From positions 2,855,815 to 2,912,123 of the forward strand of contig BFEA01000041.1 of assembly GCA_003427395.1 (NCBI GenBank): DNA of 56,309 bases, in the 5' to 3' direction. Below are positions 10,722 through 21,373 of the stretch, one piece after another (position 1 is the stretch's first letter; each line of letters starts with the position of its first letter). This stretch comes from Chara braunii. Lineage: Eukaryota > Plantae > Charophyceae. A model generated the notes under the pieces. The model worked only from the letters and a program-made list of their open reading frames with translations, was not told the DNA's origin and ran no database searches. The position numbers and the translations under genes are program-made.

Positions 10722-13380
10722 GCCTGGGAGTAGGCTGGGCGCTGAGCGCCATGTAGCAGGAAGGGCTCTGGATACTTATGTTGGTGATGGCGAGTATATG
10801 CTCTCATCGATACTCGTTTTCAGTGTTCTGGTTCTCTATTGGTGTAATATCGGTGCAATTCTGCTTTCTGGACAGTGGTGAACTTCCTGGCTTTCAATGT
10901 GATTTTGCAATGTGAGATCTCTGTCATTTCGCTATTGCTCATTTTCCTTGCAAATTAATAAATAATAAATATTAAAATTTGCATTCATTAAAATTTATGA
11001 ATGTTTCACAATTGTTGCACTAAAAGATCAAAGATTATTATTTTGTTAAAAATTTATCACGATCCAAATTATTACAAAAGCACGCTTGAGACGCTCAGAC
11101 TTTGCACTCGCTGCTCCCTTCCCCCTCCCCTTACCCCCCTCCTCGGTACTGACCCCCTTATGCTCTCGTGGCATTTGGCTGTATAAACATTTTTTCCTGA
11201 CAGGGAATTTTTGGATCTGAAGGGTTGAATTGCATTCATTCATTCTGCTCCTCTATTTTTGAGAAGAGAGGAAATCGCAACTATAACAGCAACGCGCACG
11301 GCTTTTCACACGTCATCGGCTACTTCTCTATTTCCAACTGCAATTTGGTCTAAATGGGGATAATTTTGTGAAGCTGACGGGTCCGCGTTTCAACTGCGGC
11401 GAGGAAGCTCCTTTTCATGTAGTACCTGTTTTGTACAAGTCACCGTCTTGCCGAGCAATGAGCAAAAAGTGGTCCTCTCCCTCTCCCCTCCCTCCCCCCT
11501 CCCTCTCCCCTCCCTCTCCCCTCCCTCTCCCCCCCTCAGGGCAGTAGCAATCGTACATCTTCCAGAACCTGGTTTTTCTTCTTCTTCTTTTTTCTTTTTC
11601 CCTTTCTTTTTTGAATGCAGGTAGCACACATTGTGTTTCTGCATCAAAAGAGCCCGCAAAAGAGCGCGCTCTGTGCTTTGTGCTTTATGTGGCTATTTAC
11701 ATTATAGCCACAGGTCTTGGAAGACCTCCTTGTATGGCAAGTATCGGTCGTACGCATGGCAGGGTACTCAACGTTGCTGCAATGGAGAAATGATCCTGAA
11801 ATTCTAGACCCTTCTGGACTCCTCAACTGTTAGCAAGCTATTGGAAAAAAGGGGAACAAAAGGGAAAAAAGAGAAAAAAAAGGACTGTTGGCTTTTGATC
11901 GTACAGAGGAGGGAGGGATTCGTTGCATCGAGTGGACCTTTTCCTCCCTTGGATTGCTGGATGAAGGAAGAGGTCTCTTCTGCATTCAATGAACTTGTTC
12001 TCTACTAGATGCAAGGCTGTTAGAGACTTGTTGACTCCTTGATGTGGCGACTCGTCGACTCGCCGATGTGCCAACTCGTTGTCGACTCACTGACTTGCCG
12101 ACGCTGGCCTATTAGAGTTAGCAATGTGGATTCTGATCTGATTGTGCCGTGCTTTTAGTTTAGCAGACCGCCGACTTGTCGATTCGTCGACTCATCGACT
12201 CACTGACTCGTCGACTCACTGACTCACCCACTTGCGGACTTGCCAACTTTTCAATGGAGTCGCCTGCGGCCTATTCGAGTTAGCAGTGTATATTCTGGTC
12301 TGATCGTTTTGCGCTCTCGGCTTTAGAAAACCCTGGTTTCTGATTTGCGTACGTGTGTAGGAGAATGTGTGGAATTGGCCCCCGGTCCGCCGATTTGAGT
12401 TCAAGTACCGACTGCGGCTGCATGTTTGCATTTTCTCTAATAAATGAGAGGGTAGGCCTTACACTATTGCGTCCCTCTGATCTGATGAACATTCAAACTC
12501 ATGATCTGTTTACTTAACTCTACCAACAATTGCATTTGCATACCATTCGTTCATCCACTTGGGCTGGATACCAATGCACCTGTAATAATCTTGTTTTGTA
12601 CGGTTTGAACGCTAGATCATTCGTGTGAAACAGTCCCCGATGAACTGGCAAATGTCTCTCTACCTATTATTTTCTCTCAGCAATGTCAGCATTGATTGAG
12701 CTCCTGCGTGGGTAACGAACCCACTGCAGCTCAAATTATTTTTTTGCTATCGGTTTGGAATAAGGCTGGACTGCAAAGTCCTTTGGGACATCCGTTCAAA
12801 TTGGAACGATACAGAGCGAAAAGATTAACATGGCCCCTGCGCATTAAAAAAAAAGAAAAAAAAAAAGAAAGAAACGCTGGACTGCAAATATTACTGATCT
12901 GTGTAGTGCACTTGTTGTAACTTTTAAGTTTTAACTCCATTGAGTTGTTTTGTTTCCCCAACCCCCCCCCCCCCCCCCCCCCCCCCCCTTCCCTTAAGAT
13001 CAAGTGTTTTTTTTTTTTTTTTTTTTTCGTTGTGTGCTTTTTTTTTCTGTACTTTTGATTGCATCAGGATTCAAACTTTGGTCTGTATTTCAACAGTTCA
13101 TGCATTGGGTGTACCAACTAAGCTAGACCCGTTGCCGGTTGTGTTTGTTGTTTTTTTGAAAAAGGGGGTAGCAGCAGCAACCCCTCCTAACATCGTTATA
13201 CACGTGATTTCGTCAAGATACACGCTCGTGAACTGTTTTATTAACCATCGTCATCTGTGTAGCATTCGGCCACACGGGCTGGGTGTCTGGAACTCTGCAT
13301 CGAGTTCTAAATGTGCATAGTGAACCAGCAAAGTTCTTTTTTTTGTGTTTTTTTTTTTTTTTTTTTTTTTGGTTGGTCAN

Positions 13381-13416
<36 letters not shown>

Positions 13417-14985
13417 GTTGGTCAACTTGTTTTGTGTTTTTTTTTGAACAAGGGGGTACTGATAGTAACCCCTGCGAACCTTGTTATAGCGACTTGATTT
13501 TGTGAGGATTCGCACTTCTGAATTGTTTTTAACTAATATCTTCATCTGCATAGCATTCAGCCACATGAGCTGTTTTTTTTTTTTTTTTTAACTCCATCAA
13601 CAAATTGAACAAGCAAAAAGTTTAACATGGGCAAATAGGACAAGGAGAGTTTAGCAGACAATCAGACGTACGAGCTGTGGGTTTTGTTTGTTTTTGTTTT
13701 GTGTAAGATGCTGCACATAGTGTACAGCGAACAGATCGTACCGTACATGTCATCAGTGTAGTACTTTTGATTAAGTTATGATGATATATCACATCGCTCG
13801 TTGCTAGGGAATTTGGCGGCTATTTTGGTGTGCTAGTTTTGCACTCTTCTGTGGAATTTGTGGTTGCCGTAGAGAGTCTCAGAAGCTTTTCTCATCATCG
13901 TTCTAGCCGCATTTGGCACTTAGGGAAATTTGTGTACTGCTGGCATTTGCAGATGTAGTGGGTGAGCACTTTGTGAGGTAGTAACCCCAAAGGGCCCAAA
14001 CTGGCATTTCAGGGGGTACCAATGTCTGTTACCTGCTTGGTACCGCTAACTTAGTACCATTTGTCGCCAAAGGGCCCAAACTGACAATTCATGGGGGGGC
14101 CACTGCTTCATGAAGTGGCAGGGGTTCCATTGTCCCACTCTGGAAAGCTGTTCTGTGAAGTTGTTGGTGTTCGGACATCGTTGAGATAGTCCAATCATGC
14201 CTAGTACGCAGACTGGCGATGGGATCCACTTTTTCCAACCGTTAACCTTTATGCGTCGGTTATAGCAGCCAAACACCTGTGTTCTGCCATGTGGTGGGCG
14301 TCGGGACACCTTCGACATGGGCCCGTCACGCCTACGGAGACTGGCGACGCTGTCTGTTTGTTCCGACTGTGAACTGTTATGACTCCTTCATAGCAGCCAA
14401 ACTCGGGACGCTAAGTTTAGTGGCTACCCAGCGGGTTCGTCTGCATGGTCCCATGTTCCCGTCCTGCATTCCATAGCACGTATTTCCCTCACAGGTCGGG
14501 TTGGCTTCGTCAAACCTTCTTTTCAGGTCCGCACGCGCAAGCACATATGGCCTCGAACTGCCGGCAAATCGCAGCGATGGGTGGGATGTTGTGCAGAACT
14601 GTGGTTCCCTCCCTGGTTGGAAGAAGTGTGCGATGAATGGCTACAAGTATTCTATCCTATAGCATGGAAGGGGTGGCGGTGTGTCGGACTTTCTGCCGAG
14701 CTGCATTCTTCCGACACGCTTCTGCATAACAATCCTGCCCTCCCAGATCGCCAGAAAACTGTCGGGAAGTGGGACGGGTGTATTTTGTGTTTCTTTAAGG
14801 GCAACGGCCTTGTGATATCGTCTTTCAACTGATCGGCCCCAGGTAAATTCAGAGTTGTTTTCACTCATCTGATCCCGTTGGAACCTGAACTCGGGTCTGC
14901 GTTTCAGCAGTGCATGGGTGTACTAACTGATTCTAGGCCAGTTGGTAATTGGGGTGGGTATCACATAGGCAGTCGGTGTCACAGT

Positions 14986-15190
14986 CAACTTGTTTGATGC
15001 CACCTCCCTGACGAAGCGTGTGTCATAACGAACGGGCGGCAAAAACAGTCGGTAGACTAGTCAAATTGTTTGATCCCGCCTCCCTTAAGAAGCGTGTGTC
15101 GTAACGAACAGGCGGCACAAACAGTCGGTAGACTAGTCAAATTGTTTGCTGCCGCTTCCCTTAAGAAGCATACGTCATGGCGAATGGGCG
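14986..15190. repeat. ~75-bp tandem repeat x2.6 upstream of CTPA1
   Basis: Units TCAA(A/C)TTGTTTG..GAAGCGTGTGTC..ACAGTCGGTAGACTAG start at 14986, 15061 and ~15137. Confidence 0.75.
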
Positions 15191-15329
15191 AGGCATAATG
15201 TACATTTAGCATACATTGATTCTTTCAGATCGTAGCACGGGATCGTCAGGGCCCTCCCTTAAAGATATGTCTTAGTGGAATCGATCGGGTTCTGTGGAGA
15301 GTGACCGCAGCACCTCATCCAGGTCAGCC

Positions 15330-17675
15330 ATGGCTATAATTGCGGTTCCCCCTCCCTGCTCCAGTCGGTCAGTTTGCGGTCGATTGGAGCGGCGCTTTGG
15401 AACCGCGGTCTGGCATCCTCAACAGTATGCAGCTCGGCATCGCTGCATTGCCACTCCTGAGCTGGGTTTCTACTGTGATAGGATCGCTGAGACCTGGAAT
15501 AGCAGACGCCGACAGGAGGAGCAGAATCTGGTCCACTTGGTGCCAAGACTGATCCGGAAATCAATGCGTGCCAGTTTATTTGATGGCAGTTCACAATCAC
15601 TTGAACAACTGAAAGTGCATCGTTATCGCAGCTGTTGCATTCGATGGTGTCGTGGAGAACACCGAAAGGGATCTCTTTCACTGTGCACCTGCTGCAAGGC
15701 TGCGTTGTACTCCTCTCTTACCACATCCTTCATGTCTTGTATTATACGTGCCTCGACTCTTGCTAACAAAGTGTCTGCCTCTTCTCGGCGGGAAGCATCA
15801 GTCAGCTTCCAAGGGGACTCTCCCTCGCTTTCTATGGGACAGTCAGGTTGTGCGGGTTCCGCTGACTCTGTGCCCAAAGCATGTATCCTTCCCTCTGACT
15901 TGCCAACCTCTCTCTCTCCCACATGTTCTCGTCATTCTCCTCATTCTCCACCCTGCTCCACTAACCAAGCAGGCGAGAGCATCCTTTGTAGGGATCCACT
16001 ACGATCGGATGGAAAACCTTTGCTTCTCTCTGTGATAGCATCAGTGGTGATGCTCCTAACGATAGGGTTGCAACCGACAGGAGCAGGAGCTGTACCGGAG
16101 CCAGAGGACCAGGCCCGTCTTGGATTTCCTTGTGAATTAGCCTCACCTGCCACTCTCGTGCATCCCGACAGCATGCATGTCCTTTCCGACTGTACGTCTA
16201 GTCGCCAATCGCCTGCTCTAGTAGGGACTCGGGGTCATGAAGCCCCTGGTGTACTACTACTAGGCAGCAAGGGCGCATCTTTTCTTGGACACCTCAAAGC
16301 CCCTCCCCTCATTTCGATGAACAGGCTTACACAAGATACCGATGGTCAAGACGTGATCGTGGAGGTCGCGGATGCAGGCGGCATCTCTCCTGCTCCTGGT
16401 TCCGAGCCCTCCTCGCCACCTTCTGAGCAGGGGACCGCGGTTCAAACCCATTCGAACATGCCTTCGGAGGGTGACACGTTTCCTGCTCCAGCGTCACCAG
16501 AATTTGTGGTTTTGGAAGTCTGGAAGCTCGTCGACGAAAGCTTCTTGGACGCGCGGCACAAAGGTTGGGATGCTGATAAATGGGAGCATCAAGATGTGTT
16601 GAAACGGCCGATCCGAAGCAAAACTGCTGCTTATAACACGATAAAAAACATGCTCGGGAGCCTTAACGACCCCTACACGAGATTCCTGTCACCCGATCAG
16701 TTTGCGCAGCTATCTAAGTATGATATCACCGGAATCGGACTAAACATCGGGGAAGATGCCGATCCGAGCAGTGGACGAACTGTCATTAAGGTCATCGGGC
16801 TGGTGATCGGGAGTCCAGCAGAGGTAGCAGGTGTGCAGCAGGGAGATGAGCTGCTGTCTGTTAACGAGGAGAGGGTGGAAGGACGCTCCGCCTTCGAAGC
16901 TGCCTCACTTATTCAGGGGCCAAAGGGCTCGCTTGTAACGTTGACCCTACGAAGCCCAGGAGCCGGCGCTACCAGGCAGGTAGTCGTAAAAAGACAGGGA
17001 GAAGTCACATCCCCAGTTCAGTACAAGTTAGCGAAGATGTCGGGTGAGGACGTAGGGTACATTCGCATCGGCGAATTCAATGCTTTGGCTCTGCAAGATC
17101 TAATGATAGCCATGCAGAGGCTTGAGGCAAAAGGCGCGAAGTCGTACATATTAGACCTGCAAGACAACCCAGGGGGGCTGGTTCAGGCGGGCATCGAAGT
17201 CGCGAAGCTGTTTCTGGAGCCGGAATCTGTAGTCGTTCACACCGTCGGCAGAGATCCGTCATCGTTCAAAAGCGTGGTGACGAAACAACCTGCGTTCAGC
17301 AAAGCGCCCTTAATGCTCATGGTGAATAGCCGCACAGCAAGTGCGAGCGAGATCGTGGCGGCAGCCCTGCATGATAACTGTCGGGCCGTGTTGATTGGTC
17401 GACGGACGTACGGGAAGGGGTTGATACAATCGGTCTACGAGCTTAGCGATGGGTCAGGCGTCGTCCTGACGGTTGGAAAGTACGTGACCCCTTCGCGAAA
17501 TGACATAGATGGGAATGGGATCGAGCCAGACTTCCGGAACACGCCAAGCTTTGCAGAAGCGATGGATCATCTCACGCAGTGCAGATCTTCGGGAAAAGGA
17601 GCACAGAGTGCTGGCGTGGGCAAACCGAAGGAGAAAGTCGCTGCTGCTCTTCAATTGCCCGCTCCCCTCCTTTAG
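15330..17675 (+). CDS. CTPA1: Carboxyl-terminal processing peptidase 1, chloroplastic (peptidase S41 with PDZ), single coding exon
   Basis: DPYTRFLSP, KYDITGIGL (PDZ), ILDLQDNPGGLV, TASASEI (catalytic Ser) and GRRTYGKGLIQ (catalytic Lys). The Ser-rich N-terminal extension has a hydrophobic stretch ending in AGA, resembling a lumenal signal. First ATG at 15330. Confidence 0.9.
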   Translation: MAIIAVPPPCSSRSVCGRLERRFGTAVWHPQQYAARHRCIATPELGFYCDRIAETWNSRRRQEEQNLVHLVPRLIRKSMRASLFDGSSQSLEQLKVHRYRSCCIRWCRGEHRKGSLSLCTCCKAALYSSLTTSFMSCIIRASTLANKVSASSRREASVSFQGDSPSLSMGQSGCAGSADSVPKACILPSDLPTSLSPTCSRHSPHSPPCSTNQAGESILCRDPLRSDGKPLLLSVIASVVMLLTIGLQPTGAGAVPEPEDQARLGFPCELASPATLVHPDSMHVLSDCTSSRQSPALVGTRGHEAPGVLLLGSKGASFLGHLKAPPLISMNRLTQDTDGQDVIVEVADAGGISPAPGSEPSSPPSEQGTAVQTHSNMPSEGDTFPAPASPEFVVLEVWKLVDESFLDARHKGWDADKWEHQDVLKRPIRSKTAAYNTIKNMLGSLNDPYTRFLSPDQFAQLSKYDITGIGLNIGEDADPSSGRTVIKVIGLVIGSPAEVAGVQQGDELLSVNEERVEGRSAFEAASLIQGPKGSLVTLTLRSPGAGATRQVVVKRQGEVTSPVQYKLAKMSGEDVGYIRIGEFNALALQDLMIAMQRLEAKGAKSYILDLQDNPGGLVQAGIEVAKLFLEPESVVVHTVGRDPSSFKSVVTKQPAFSKAPLMLMVNSRTASASEIVAAALHDNCRAVLIGRRTYGKGLIQSVYELSDGSGVVLTVGKYVTPSRNDIDGNGIEPDFRNTPSFAEAMDHLTQCRSSGKGAQSAGVGKPKEKVAAALQLPAPLL

Positions 17676-17820
17676 AAAACTTTTGTGCATTGACTTGCCT
17701 TGCAACTCTCTCCTTGAAATGATTATTTATTCCCGCTGTGGCCCCCTTGAATCCTCCCTCCTCCAAAATGATTATTTATTCCCGCTCTGCCCCCTTTGAA
17801 TCCTCCCTCCCTCCCTCCCT

Positions 17821-17877
<57 letters not shown>

Positions 17878-18237
17878 AGCAAACAAAGGGAGAAGAGACT
17901 ATGCAGGCTTAGCTGTCAGGAGACCACACATATTGCTTAGTGTCACGAGTCATGACAAAAGGCAATGTTCGCTAAGGACATCCGCACCATAGTGAAAAAA
18001 GGAGAGGGATGTGGCGCTTCCCCCGCTCCCCCCCCCCCCCAACAAAAAAAAAAGAAAAAAAAGAAAAGGAGAGAGGGAAAAAAAAGGACTGTCGAGCCAT
18101 GTTGAGTAAATCTGACCGAAGTTGCAGGCTTCACAGTCTGCGGACGAAGCGCACATTGCTTATTGTCACGAGAAAAGGCAATCATTGCTGGTGGCTAAGG
18201 ACCGTATGGGACTTGGTCGAGTTGCAGCAGATGTAGC

Positions 18238-18294
<57 letters not shown>

Positions 18295-18832
18295 NNNNNN
18301 NNNNNNNNNNNNNNNNNNNNNNNNNNNNNNNNNNNNNNNNNNNNNNNNNNNNNNNNNNNNNNNNNNNNNNNNNNNNNNNNNNNNNNNNNNNNNNNNNNNN
18401 NNNNNNNNNNNNNNNNNNNNNNNNNNNNNNNNNNNNNNNNNNNNNNNNNNNNNNNNNNNNNNNNNNNNNNNNNNNNNNNNNNNNNNNNNNNNNNNNNNNN
18501 NNNNNNNNNNNNNNNNNNNNNNNNNNNNNNNNNNNNNNNNNNNNNNNNNNNNNNNNNNNNNNNNNNNNNNNNNNNNNNNNNNNNNNNNNNNNNNNNNNNN
18601 NNNAAAAAAAAAAAAAAAGAAAAGGAGAGAGGGAAAAAAAAAGGACTGTCGAGCCATGTTGAGTAAATCTGACCGAAGTTGCAGGCTTCGCAGTCTGCGG
18701 ACGAAGCGCACATAGCTTATTGTCACGAGAAAAGGCAATCATTGCTGGTGGCTAAGGACCGTACGGGACTTCGGCGACTGAGTCTGACGACATCGTGGGG
18801 GTACAGTTCGGAGCATCCACCACAGGTCAGCG

Positions 18833-18941
18833 GTGAATGTTCCCTAAGTAGTCTGTGAATGTTCCCTAAGTAGTCTGTGAATGTTCCCTAAGTAGTCTGT
18901 GAATGTTCCCTAAGTAGTCTGTGAATGTTCCCTAAGCAATC
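18833..18941. repeat. 22-bp minisatellite x5
   Basis: GTGAATGTTCCCTAAGTAGTCT head to tail. Confidence 0.9.
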
Positions 18942-19706
18942 TGCAGTTGCAGCAGATGTAGCGTCATGTAGGTTATCACCGTGTTATGTTATGCTGGCTT
19001 TGTCTGTATTTTTCCATTTAGAACACGTGAGCTTGTGAGGCGGTCCGATCTGGAGGTGACTTCACTCAACCTAGATGAGGCGGGCTGGGCTCCAGGAGCG
19101 GCCGTTCATTTTGTCACACAAAAAGGATCAGTATGGTTCTTGCAAACATGTCACCAAGGGCAAAAGATTTTAAACAAAAAAAAAACAAGAAAAACGAGCA
19201 AAAGAGTGTTTAGAAAAAGTTAAAAAAACGATCAGTTTGACGCTTCTGAGATCTTCTCTTTCTGTCGGTGGGAAATGGGTTGTATCAACTTGCATGGCAT
19301 GCAAATTTTTCTCTCCTGTTTTTTTTTTTTCTTCTTTTCTCCCCCCCGCCACCCGTTCTCTCTCTCAAAAAGAAAAAAAAAGAACAGAGTGTTGAGGTTC
19401 TGGCTCTATATGCGTTCTGGAGAGCATCAATCCAATTCCTTTTCCACCCGCAAGTCAATGCAACACATCATTTATTCTGGGCTGTTTGGGTTAAATGCCC
19501 GTTTTTTTTTATATTTTTTATATTTTTTTTATTTTAATGCTCCAATCTATTCATGGGAAGCAGCACCTGCCGGAAGCCAGGGCCAGCGTCCCATGATACA
19601 TAAGCTTGGCAATGTCTGGACTCTGGATGCATTTGAACAACAAAAGGATAAAAGTTCATTTAAAAAAAAAAAAAAAAGGTTTAAAGTTCATAAGACTGTG
19701 TCTGAA

Positions 19707-21146
19707 TGTTACATGCTGCGCCTGCAACAGGCTGCACGGGCCATTTCCAGGCCCATGTCGTTTTCAGCCTGCAAGCCTGAAAACAAGGGCCTACAGGCCC
19801 TGTGTCGTTTCAGCCTAAAACAGGGCCTTTCCGGCCCTGAGTCTTTTCAGCCTGAAACGGAGGGCCATTTTCAGGCCCTCTTGAGTTCGACCTGCCCTGA
19901 AACTTAGGCACCAGACCAGGGTTTTAGCACAGGCCATTTTGGGCCTGTTTTCAAGACAACCCCTGGTTGAGCTTCAACGCCAGGGTCTGGCATGTTTTGG
20001 CATTGGCAAGAGCAGCCGCCTGGATGGGCCAGCACTATATAGGACTGGCCCGCCCTGCAGCCTGCAGGTAGTTCCTAGGTTCTTCCCAGGCACTTCACGT
20101 GCAGTTCAGGAGGCAGGAGGTAGTCTTCAGGATTCGGCAGCAGCACTCTGGAGGAGCGCTGCAGGAGTAGTAGTAGCGCTAGCAGTAGTCTTCAGCGCTG
20201 GGCGTTAGTAGCGTTAGCAGTAGTCTTCAGCGCTGGACGCTAGTAGGANNNNNNNNNNNNNNNNNNNNNNNNNNNNNNNNNNNNNNNNNNNNNNNNNNNN
20301 NNNNNNNNNNNNNNNNNNNNNNNNNNNNNNNNNNNNNNNNNNNNNNNNNNNNNNNNNNNNNNNNNNNNNNNNNNNNNNNNNNNNNNNNNNNNNNNNNNNN
20401 NNNNNNNNNNNNNNNNNNNNNNNNNNNNNNNNNNNNNNNNNNNNNNNNNNNNNNNNNNNNNNNNNNNNNNNNNNNNNNNNNNNNNNNNNNNNNNNNNNNN
20501 NNNNNNNNNNNNNNNNNNNNNNNNNNNNNNNNNNNNNNNNNNNNNNNNNNNNNNNNNNNNNNNNNNNNNNNNNNNNNNNNNNNNNNNNNNNNNNNNNNNN
20601 NNNNNNNNNNNNNNNNNNNNNNNNNNNNNNNNNNNNNNNNNNNNNNNNNNNNNNNNNNNNNNNNNNNNNNNNNNNNNNNNNNNNNNNNNNNNNNNNNNNN
20701 NNNNNNNNNNNNNNNNNNNNNNNNNNNNNNNNNNNNNNNNNNNNNNNNNNNNNNNNNNNNNNNNNNNNNNNNNNNNNNNNNNNNNNNNNNNNNNNNNNNN
20801 NNNNNNNNNNNNNNNNNNNNNNNNNNNNNNNNNNNNNNNNNNNNNNNNNNNNNNNNNNNNNNNNNNNNNNNNNNNNNNNNNNNNNNNNNNNNNNNNNNNN
20901 NNNNNNNNNNNNNNNNNNNNNNNNNNNNNNNNNNNNNNNNNNNNNNNNNNNNNNNNNNNNNNNNNNNNAGGTCAGTCCCGGTCAGGTCAGGACTTGTATC
21001 TAAATCTTCCACTGCGCTATAAAACACCATGTTTGTATGTATCAGGATGTACACTGCTTGTTGGGATTTCTCTAGCACTGCATCAGGATGTACACTGCTC
21101 CACTGTTGTGTATGTATCCTATGGTGGCGACAACTTATCATCTTCA
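19707..21146 (+). repeat. 5' LTR (contains N gap)
   Basis: TG start and match to the 24931 copy on both sides of the gap. The end is inferred at TCTTCA, followed by the PBS remnant AGTGGT. Confidence 0.75.
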
Positions 21147-21373
21147 AGTGGTTCTTCACGGGACTCGTCGCGCGAGTTCAACATAGAGGTATTCGACCTG
21201 CTCACGTCCGAGGATTTCGCATGGCTTCCTCTCCCGACGACGGGCCGCTTGTCAGGACCGCAATGTGTAGCATTATGCGCTCATCTTCACACGTACTTAT
21301 CCTTCTATGCACTACCAACTTCGCCAACGGATGACGAAGTCGCGCCGGGGACATCCTTGCGTATGTTACCAAG

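Noticed and set aside
18833-18941. CRISPR-like array
   Set aside because: The 22-bp units are head to tail with no unique spacers and no cas genes, in a eukaryotic context.
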